Shown piece after piece: positions 1 to 6,766 of a stretch of DNA of 18,497 nt. The position numbers and the translations under genes are program-made. Every line of letters starts with the position of its first letter. Position 1 is the stretch's first letter. This DNA is from Candidatus Heimdallarchaeota archaeon (lineage in GTDB: Archaea > Asgardarchaeota > Heimdallarchaeia > JABLTI01): the NCBI GenBank assembly GCA_019056785.1, contig DXJV01000011.1, positions 1 to 18,497 of the forward strand, given 5' to 3'. The notes beneath the pieces were generated by a model. It made no database searches, had not been told where the DNA came from, and was given only the letters and a program-made list of their open reading frames with translations.

Positions 1-1
1 C

Positions 2-463
2 CCTACAAGAATTGATCGCGCCCGTGCTTTAGGGTATCGAGCAAAACAAGGGTACATTGTTGTTCGTGCGAGAATTCGTAGGACCCGTCTTCGAAAAAGT
101 CGTCCTTCTCAAGGCCGTCATACGAGAGGACAAGCCATCCGTAAGATCCAACCGGGGAAAAACTTCCGATGGATTGCCGAGGAGAGGACCGCAAGAAAAT
201 ATCCAAATTTGGAAGTCTTGAATTCTTATCCTGTTGGCGAAGATGGCCGTTATAAATGGTATGAGATTATCCTCGTTGACCCTTCCCATCCTGTAATTAA
301 GAAGGACCCACGCATTAACTGGATTTGTAATCCGGCAAATAAACGACGGGTCTTCCGAGGATTAACAAGTGCAGGCAAAAAATCTCGTGGACTTCACAAG
401 AAGGGCATGGGAAGTGAGAAGATTCGTCCTTCTCTCCGGGCACACAAACGAGAAGGCAAATAA
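2..463 (+). CDS. rpl15e: 50S ribosomal protein L15e (5'-truncated by window)
   Basis: The frame of ORF 209..463 is open from base 2: [17 protein letters not shown]...[19 protein letters not shown]...WYEIILVDP...[16 protein letters not shown], typical eL15 signatures. Confidence 0.97.
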   Translation, partial: PTRIDRARALGYRAKQGYIVVRARIRRTRLRKSRPSQGRHTRGQAIRKIQPGKNFRWIAEERTARKYPNLEVLNSYPVGEDGRYKWYEIILVDPSHPVIKKDPRINWICNPANKRRVFRGLTSAGKKSRGLHKKGMGSEKIRPSLRAHKREGK

Positions 464-470
464 GCACTTA

Positions 471-506
471 TTTTGCTTCTCCCTTTCTTTTCTTTTCTTT
501 CTTTTC
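471..506 (+). terminator. Pyrimidine/oligo-T tract, archaeal-type terminator after rpl15e
   Basis: TTTTGCTTCTCCCTTTCTTTTCTTTTCTTTCTTTTC directly after the stop codon. Confidence 0.55.
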
Positions 507-509
507 ACT

Positions 510-523
510 GAAAAAGCTTAAAA
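510..523 (+). promoter_or_regulatory. Putative BRE/TATA promoter of the DUF54 and Rpp30-Pop5 genes
   Basis: GAAAAAGCTTAAAA about 45 nt upstream of the TTG start. An SD-like GAGGT/AGGTG lies just before the start. Confidence 0.45.
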
Positions 524-565
524 CTCTTCGGTAGTAAGAGTTATCCGAGGTAGGTGTTGTAATAA

Positions 566-1039
566 TTGCCGGTAAAAGAAGACCCTATACAAATTAAAGA
601 AATACAATTTTCAACCAGTGCACATGCAACAGAGGACTTACAAAAAGTTCGAGAAGCATTGCTTAATTTATTACCTGAACATTTGCGAGAAAAGGTGGAA
701 GTCAGAGACACGTTAATTACCGGCCACGCTGGAAATGAAATTCATCTCCTTGAGTTAAAAGTTAGCCAAAAAAAAGCCGTAAAAGAGATTTTGACTTATC
801 TGGGCGAACAATTAAACGAGTATGATGCAGAAAAACTGGGAGAGGAATTTGAAGCGCGAATCGACCAGGCAAATTGCTTCTATCTTAGATTAAATAAACA
901 AGCAGCCTATACAGGACAATTAGTTGTAGATGATAGCGATAACACAATACGATTAATGATAAAATTCATTATCTACAAACCAAACCCCACTCTCATCCCA
1001 AAAACACTCGCAGCATTTGGAATTATCAAAAAAGATTGA
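566..1039 (+). CDS. Predicted RNA-binding protein, DUF54 family (exosome-superoperon associated)
   Basis: HATEDLQKVREAL, GHAGNEI and FYLRLNKQAAY motifs. It occupies the canonical position between rpl15e and rpp30. Confidence 0.88.
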   Translation: MPVKEDPIQIKEIQFSTSAHATEDLQKVREALLNLLPEHLREKVEVRDTLITGHAGNEIHLLELKVSQKKAVKEILTYLGEQLNEYDAEKLGEEFEARIDQANCFYLRLNKQAAYTGQLVVDDSDNTIRLMIKFIIYKPNPTLIPKTLAAFGIIKKD

Positions 1040-1046
1040 TGTAAAA

Positions 1047-2174
1047 ATGATCCCCATCATCGAGCCCCAAGTCCATCTTGGAAAGAATTTCTCATTGGAG
1101 AGAGCGGATGCTCTTGCAGCTCGAGTTGGTTTGGAGGGGTTTCTGCTCACTGAGAAAAAGTTTGGTAAGCCCTTTTTAAAGCAAACCAGTAATTGTTCTA
1201 TGGCTGTTTATAGTCGAGTAACCATCGCTGGATCAAAGGTAGCAACTGTCCGGCGCCTTCTAGCAAAAGTACGAAAATCATTTGATGTTGTTGCCGTCCA
1301 AACAGCCGAGGCAAAAGTAGCACATTGGGTTGCAAAGGATAATCGTGTTGATATTCTTTCAATGCCTTCTTCATCAATGAAAGAACTCTTAACAAAACAA
1401 TTGACAAATGTTGCAGCACAAATACCTCTCTTCTTTGAAATCGATTTGAAGCCTTTTCTGGAAGAAAAAGCCCCCCCAGAAGTTAATTCAATTTATCTTA
1501 GACAAATCTCTCGTGCTCTTAATATTCTGTTACGAGAACGAGCGCCTTTCATCTTTACTTTAAATGTTGGTGAGCCATTTGCTTTTAAAGATGCGAGAAG
1601 CATTATTTCTTTTGCAAAAGTACTGGGTATTCCTTATCTTTCCTTAAAAGAAAATTATTTGAAATTCAAAGAACGGTTGGAGCGGAATCGGAAAAGGCTA
1701 ACCGAAGGGTTTGTTGCCCCGGGCATATGGAAAGTACCGGCGGAAGAGAAAAAATACCTGCCTAAGAAACAGAAAGAAACAGTCGAGAATACATTTGTGC
1801 TTTTGGAGGAGTTAAAACCGCAATCATTAAATGAGAAAAGACTCGAGAGACAGCGATATTTACTCTTTGAGATTATTAGTGAGAAAGAATTTGAGCTTTC
1901 GGAAAAAGAATTGATGAACATTTTCTGGAGTAAATTCCAAAAGCTCTTCGGAGAAATCAATAGTTCACGAGCAGGCATTTATTTGTCCTATTATTCAGCA
2001 GAAAAAAGAGTGGGCATTCTTCGAACCACCCATAAAATGGTTGATCCCGTTCGTGCAACGCTTTTAACAATTGGTGCTTTAAAAACAGAAAAAGTCATTG
2101 TTAATGTTCTCAAAATTTCGGGCACAATTTCAAATCTTCTTGCAACTGCGAAACAAAAATCGACTTCAAACTAA
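1047..2174 (+). CDS. Fused RNase P protein subunits Rpp30 (N-terminal) and Pop5 (C-terminal)
   Basis: Rpp30 TIM-barrel motifs (FDVVAVQ, AKDNRVDILS, FEIDLKPFL, C-terminal FVAPGIWKV) are followed in frame by Pop5 motifs (RQRYLLFEI, KLFGE, GILRTTH, VLKISGTI). ATG 1047 is preferred over TTG 1017, which overlaps the upstream gene. Confidence 0.88.
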   Translation: MIPIIEPQVHLGKNFSLERADALAARVGLEGFLLTEKKFGKPFLKQTSNCSMAVYSRVTIAGSKVATVRRLLAKVRKSFDVVAVQTAEAKVAHWVAKDNRVDILSMPSSSMKELLTKQLTNVAAQIPLFFEIDLKPFLEEKAPPEVNSIYLRQISRALNILLRERAPFIFTLNVGEPFAFKDARSIISFAKVLGIPYLSLKENYLKFKERLERNRKRLTEGFVAPGIWKVPAEEKKYLPKKQKETVENTFVLLEELKPQSLNEKRLERQRYLLFEIISEKEFELSEKELMNIFWSKFQKLFGEINSSRAGIYLSYYSAEKRVGILRTTHKMVDPVRATLLTIGALKTEKVIVNVLKISGTISNLLATAKQKSTSN

Positions 2175-2234
2175 CTGCTCTCAGATAATCGTTAGCTCTT
2201 AGAGTGAGGGTGTTTTGAATTAGAGGTTCTCATT

Positions 2235-2846
2235 TCAAAGGAGCTTTTTATCATTAAAATACGTAACCTTCCAAGGTGCCGATCGTTTCTCCCGTTCAAT
2301 GACAGTTGGCTCACAATTTCCAAACCATTCATCCAACTGCTCGGGAAGAACCTTCAGGATTCGAACTAAAATGTGATACAAGGTTCCCCCATGTGCTACT
2401 ATAAGAATAGTCTCATTTTCTTTATGTTGTGCAATAATTTCAAAAAAGACTTCCTGCACCCTTTCCAGCATTTCTCTATTACTTTCTCCCTCGGGAATTT
2501 TTTTATCAAGATCATTTAATGTCATTTCGCGAAAAGCTACTTCCTCAGGGGTCAAGCTTTGTGAACATCGACCGGTAAATATGCCGGCATCTCGTTCACG
2601 GAGTCTTTTGTCAAAAAAACAGTTTTTAATCTGGAGCATTTTACAAATAATTGCTGTAGTTTCGGCTGCTCGCTGGAGATCAGAAGAATAAACAGCATCA
2701 AAAAGGATTTTTCGGTTTCGAAGTTTCTTCCCCAGATTTTTTGCTTGTTTTTTTCCCAAAGAAGTTAAAGACACGGCCCGGTGCCCTGAAATGATTTTGT
2801 GAAGGTTATCTTTACTTTCTCCATGTCGTATCAAGAAAACTCGCAT
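2235..2846 (-). CDS. Histidine phosphatase superfamily protein (phosphoglycerate mutase-like)
   Basis: LIRHGES, YSSDLQRAAET, RLRERDAG, PEGES and VAHGG motifs. Confidence 0.93.
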   Translation of the reverse strand: MRVFLIRHGESKDNLHKIISGHRAVSLTSLGKKQAKNLGKKLRNRKILFDAVYSSDLQRAAETTAIICKMLQIKNCFFDKRLRERDAGIFTGRCSQSLTPEEVAFREMTLNDLDKKIPEGESNREMLERVQEVFFEIIAQHKENETILIVAHGGTLYHILVRILKVLPEQLDEWFGNCEPTVIEREKRSAPWKVTYFNDKKLL

Positions 2847-2950
2847 ACCTTAACCTCAAGATATTTTCCTTGAAAAAGTTCTTTCACTATAAAAAAATTT
2901 CCTTCCCATTTTTTAGTTGTTTATACAGAAGAAGAACCAGAAAGGAAAAA

Positions 2951-3095
2951 ATAGTGGGAACTATACGGGAGTTAATGACAACTATGAGAAACTTTTAGGA
3001 AAGAAATAATTAACAACCAAATAAGGATAATTGAAACAATTATAGCTCAGATAGATATACGTTGGGCAGAATCAGAACGATTCAGAAAATATTAG
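2951..3095 (+). pseudogene. 3' remnant of a gene ending in the same DHp-like domain as 6767..8530
   Basis: 2988-3095 translates ETFRKEIINNQIRIIETIIAQIDIRWAESERFRKY*. This aligns without gaps to IAEQAKLIDETLQQLDRRWLES of the 6767..8530 protein. An in-frame TGA lies at 2985 and there is no start codon. Confidence 0.7.
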
Positions 3096-3201
3096 TTGAG
3101 ACTTTCAATTAAATAATAGTAAGAGCGCATGTTTTGATTTCGATTTAATTGCCGGTATAGTTAGACTATTTTAGTTAAAGGTATAATTGAACCTGAGACT
3201 T

Positions 3202-3468
3202 ATGACTATAAGTAATAATATTTTATTCTGTGATCATCGAAAGTATTGCGTTTCTTGTCATGAGAATTATTGGGTTTCAGATGAAACTAATTTGAGAAAA
3301 TATTACCATTGTAAGTATTGTCATATGGATATTTTATGTAAATTTGGTTTGGCTATTTCTTTCGAGTATGATGAATTTTCTATTAATAAGACTATCAGAT
3401 GTAACGTTTGTCACGAAATTGTTGAAGAACGTATTTGGCCTGAAGTTAAGCAAAAAGTAAAAGATTAA
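3202..3468 (+). CDS. Small Cys/His-rich metal-binding protein with three CxxCH motifs
   Basis: 88 aa from ATG 3202, with CDH, CVSCH, CKYCH and CNVCH. No signal peptide or TM segment is visible. A T9 tract follows at 3502-3510. Confidence 0.7.
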   Translation: MTISNNILFCDHRKYCVSCHENYWVSDETNLRKYYHCKYCHMDILCKFGLAISFEYDEFSINKTIRCNVCHEIVEERIWPEVKQKVKD

Positions 3469-3523
3469 GAGTTAATTTCATACGATAAAAGTCAAAAGGT
3501 GTTTTTTTTTCATTTGCCTAAAT

Positions 3524-3540
3524 AATGAGATTTATATATT
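3524..3540 (+). promoter_or_regulatory. Putative BRE/TATA promoter of the GTPase gene
   Basis: AATGAGA-TTTATATA about 45 nt upstream of ATG 3583. Confidence 0.5.
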
Positions 3541-3582
3541 CTAAAGCGAAAAAAGTATAAGATTAATTGTGGGGATTAGAAA

Positions 3583-4512
3583 ATGTCTAGAAAACCGATA
3601 GGCTGGTTACGAAAAGGTAAATCAGTTGTGATAATGGGCTTAGATTATGCAGGAAAATCCACTTTAGTAAATCAATGGACAAAAGGTGTTATGGAAAAAA
3701 CCGTTACAACAATTGGTTTAGATATAGAACATGTGGAAATTCAAGGAGAGACATTTAACTTAATTGATCTTGGTGGTCAACAGCCGTTTAGATTAACTAT
3801 TTGGAAAACATATGCACAAATGGCACAAGGAATAATATTTGTTTTCGATATAACAGATAAACGAAGAGTTGAAGAAGCAGTAGAGTGGTTCTGGAAAGTT
3901 ATTGAATGGTTAAGAGAAGATGCTCCTATTGTCTTCTGTGCAAATAAAATTGATTTAAGAGATGAAAAGAAAAAAGAAGCAATGAGTTTGGAAGAAATAA
4001 TCAATACATTTCAACTTGATAAATTAAGCCAAGAAGAATTTAATCAACATTCATTTAGGATTTTTGAAATATCTGCAAAAACCGGAGAAAATGTTCAGGA
4101 GGCTATGCAATGGATATTTGGTAGAGTTATTGGCTCAGATGAAAAATCAAAAATTAAAGCTGTCCAAATCTATTCCATTGAGAAAAACAAGTCAATTTTA
4201 GAATTGCCATTTAGTGAAGAATTTAATGAAATGCGGTATGATGAAAGCTTAATTGAAATTATAGATTATAACATTAAACTCTATAATAAAAGTCAATCTA
4301 CAATGCAATATTATGAACAAAATAAGTATGATGTATATATTTTTGCTCAAAAAGGATATTTATGTTTAATTGTAACTGATAAAGATGCTGAATATAATTC
4401 AATTCGAATAACAAGTCAAAGTATATTATCAGTTGTTGATGTACTTGAACAGGAAGGTAATCTAACACCTGAATTTTTAAAATGGGTCATAAAGGAAAGT
4501 TTTGGTGCTTAA
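3583..4512 (+). CDS. Arf/Sar-family small GTPase fused to a C-terminal longin-like domain
   Basis: G1 GLDYAGKST, G2 TTIG, G3 DLGGQ, IWKTY, G4 ANKID, G5 SAK. The C-terminal ~120 aa has a beta-beta-alpha-beta-beta-beta-alpha-alpha pattern (IKAVQIYS...YDVYIFAQKGYLCLIVTD); the longin assignment is inferred. Confidence 0.88.
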   Translation: MSRKPIGWLRKGKSVVIMGLDYAGKSTLVNQWTKGVMEKTVTTIGLDIEHVEIQGETFNLIDLGGQQPFRLTIWKTYAQMAQGIIFVFDITDKRRVEEAVEWFWKVIEWLREDAPIVFCANKIDLRDEKKKEAMSLEEIINTFQLDKLSQEEFNQHSFRIFEISAKTGENVQEAMQWIFGRVIGSDEKSKIKAVQIYSIEKNKSILELPFSEEFNEMRYDESLIEIIDYNIKLYNKSQSTMQYYEQNKYDVYIFAQKGYLCLIVTDKDAEYNSIRITSQSILSVVDVLEQEGNLTPEFLKWVIKESFGA

Positions 4513-4538
4513 ATCAAAAGTATAATTATTGAAATTAA

Positions 4539-5085
4539 ATGGTTCTTGAAGGTTTAATTCAATGCTTGTTGATGTATTAATATATGTCATTTAGATGACA
4601 AAGAGTTAATTTTAAGCGATTCAAAAACCTATGCAGATAATTTACTAAAGATAAACCTAAAATCAAAGATTGGTAAGAAACTTGAAGTTGTATTTCCGAT
4701 TTTAGAACATACTGAATTGATTAAACAATACAGAAAAGCAGAGATATGATGAAGATGGAGGATTTATTAGTCTGAAAATTTTTCAGATAAAATAACGAGA
4801 ATTTTTGGCATTAAAATATATCAAATAAAACCATGTTATCTAATCGTTCTCTTTCCGGATACTTCTGATAGAAGAGGAGTCTACTAGAAGGGAAGAAGCT
4901 TAAAACTAAGGGAATAGGATTTTCTATCGATAACAGCAATTCAACTTAATAACATGGATAACTCGAAAACACTTATCTTTGAGTTTATTAATATCACTAA
5001 AAATGATTAAAGTTTAGAGGGATAGACTTGAACTAAAAAAAAGGGCAATAAATGCACAACTATATCTATTTATTTAACTCGATAG
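4539..5085 (+). pseudogene. Degraded PAS-domain / histidine kinase gene
   Basis: Fragments interrupted by stops and shifts: ELILSDSKTYADNLLKINLKSKIGKKLEVVFPILEHTELIKQYRKA (PAS-like, within 4573-4749), IKIYQIKPCYLIVLFPDTSDRR (PAC-like), TKGIGFLSI (G2-box-like) and GNKCTTISIYLTR* (HATPase C-terminal strand-like). Confidence 0.65.
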
Positions 5086-5166
5086 TTTAATTGTTAATTA
5101 GTAAACATTTTAAATTAGTGTTGATAATTCGAAATCAGAAATCGTTATTATATGAAGTGATAGTCA

Positions 5167-6267
5167 TTGACTGACGAATTATCAATCATTGCTCTTTTAA
5201 AAGATCAAAATGAAGGAAAAAGATTAAGTGTTTTTCTTTCAAAACAAGAGTATCAAACAATAATACTATCAGATAGAAAAAATTTTAATTCACTGGTAGG
5301 GAAATATCGGCCACATATCGTAATTGTAGAACTTGAAAATCAAATAACAAGCGATCTCTCTTTTGTAAATTCAATGTGTGAGTTATCTAGCTCGACTTAT
5401 ATTATACTATTATATGAGCATTTTAACTCTGATTTCATGGAAAATATATTAACAATGGGATTTACATTTGGAATTATAAAAAAACCTGTTAAAAAACAAG
5501 AATTACTATATCTTCTAAGAAAATATAAATCAAGAAATAAAATTCAAATTGAAATTCAAAATGAGTTAAAGGAGCTATATGACTCTTATAATTACATTGA
5601 ATTCTTAAATACTATTTTAATTAACAATGTTGGAAACAATACTGATATTTTATCTGAGCTAGTCAATGAGTTGAATAATAAAGTTAGTAAAGAAAAAATG
5701 TTGAATAAAATAAAACTCATTCAGCAAAACAATAAGCTTCTTCTAAATAGAATTAATTTTATGCAGAAAATTGAGGAATATGATAGAGTTCAAAATACAA
5801 AGGTTGAATTGTTAGAGATTTTTAATAATGTAATTAAACAAATCAAAGAAGAGGAAAGCAATTTTACTACGGAATATTATATAAAGAACTCTGAAAATGC
5901 ATATGAAGTGATTGCTGTAAAAGAATTAATAGAAATCCTCGTTTATGAGGTAGTATATTCATTATCTGTGCCATATAATCAGCTTTGTAAGAAATTGGAA
6001 ATAGACTTCCGCTTTACAAATGATTTAAAAGATAAAGATGGAAAGCCAATTCCAACAATAGAATTTGATGTTAGATCAATTCTGGATAACCCCAATACAT
6101 CAGATGAAGAAATAACAATTAATCCAACTTTCCAACAATATGGCTTCGGGTTTTTTCTAATAAGGAGTATTATGGATAGATTAAATGGAGTAATTCAATT
6201 AAGAGATGAACCAAAAGAAGATTCCATTGAAACAATTCTAACTATCTTATTGCCAAGAAGTGTATAA
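5167..6267 (+). CDS. Pseudo-receiver plus degenerate histidine-kinase-like protein
   Basis: REC-like N-terminus (RPHIVIVEL, with E at the phospho-Asp site; IKKPV). The H-box region lacks His (FLNTILINNVGN) and there is no N-box. A HATPase C-terminus is retained (YGFGFFLIRSIMDRLNGVI...TILTILLP). Confidence 0.75.
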   Translation: MTDELSIIALLKDQNEGKRLSVFLSKQEYQTIILSDRKNFNSLVGKYRPHIVIVELENQITSDLSFVNSMCELSSSTYIILLYEHFNSDFMENILTMGFTFGIIKKPVKKQELLYLLRKYKSRNKIQIEIQNELKELYDSYNYIEFLNTILINNVGNNTDILSELVNELNNKVSKEKMLNKIKLIQQNNKLLLNRINFMQKIEEYDRVQNTKVELLEIFNNVIKQIKEEESNFTTEYYIKNSENAYEVIAVKELIEILVYEVVYSLSVPYNQLCKKLEIDFRFTNDLKDKDGKPIPTIEFDVRSILDNPNTSDEEITINPTFQQYGFGFFLIRSIMDRLNGVIQLRDEPKEDSIETILTILLPRSV

Positions 6268-6333
6268 TTGCTAATGCCTATTTCACAAAGCTTTTGAATC
6301 ATTAGAGGTTAGTACTTGATTAGGTGTGGGGAA

Positions 6334-6681
6334 ATGATGAAAAGTATATTGATAGTAGATGATAATGATAAGTTAAGATTAATATTCAAACTCATGCTTA
6401 AAGACTATGAAGTTGTAGAAGCTCAAAATGGAAAGGTAGCTTTAGAAATTGTTCGAAAAAGGAAATTTAACTTAGTCCTAATGGATATCTTAATGCCCGA
6501 AATGAATGGAATTATCGCTACACAAAAAATACTAGAAATTAGACCAAATTTGAATATTCTTGCAATAACTGCATATATTTCAAAAGCCAATGAAATATTA
6601 AAAGCAGGTGCAAAAGAAGTCTTAAAGAAACCGATAAGAAAACAATCATTACTTCAAAAAGTAGAAGAATATGTAAATTGA
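6334..6681 (+). CDS. Single-domain CheY-like response regulator
   Basis: ILIVDD, LVLMDILMPEMNG, AITAY and LKKP: all catalytic residues intact. SD-like AGGTG before ATG 6334. Confidence 0.95.
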   Translation: MMKSILIVDDNDKLRLIFKLMLKDYEVVEAQNGKVALEIVRKRKFNLVLMDILMPEMNGIIATQKILEIRPNLNILAITAYISKANEILKAGAKEVLKKPIRKQSLLQKVEEYVN

Positions 6682-6766
6682 ACTCCTGTTAAATATATTA
6701 TTACTATTTAATTCTTTTCTTACAGAAAAGATTGCAATAAATATCTCAGAAAAGGAAAAGATTTCG

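Noticed and set aside
3-289. Short minus-strand ORFs over rpl15e, and the similar antisense or alternate-frame ORFs over Rpp30-Pop5, the GTPase, sucCD, the ATPase, TadC and rpl34e
   Set aside because: All overlap well-supported genes and lack motifs.
2945-2990. Possible att direct repeats with 8538-8594 (ACAACTAT; AAAAAATAGTGGGA versus AAAAAAGTAGTAGGA)
   Set aside because: Short or imperfect, in different order at the two ends, and expected by chance in AT-rich DNA.
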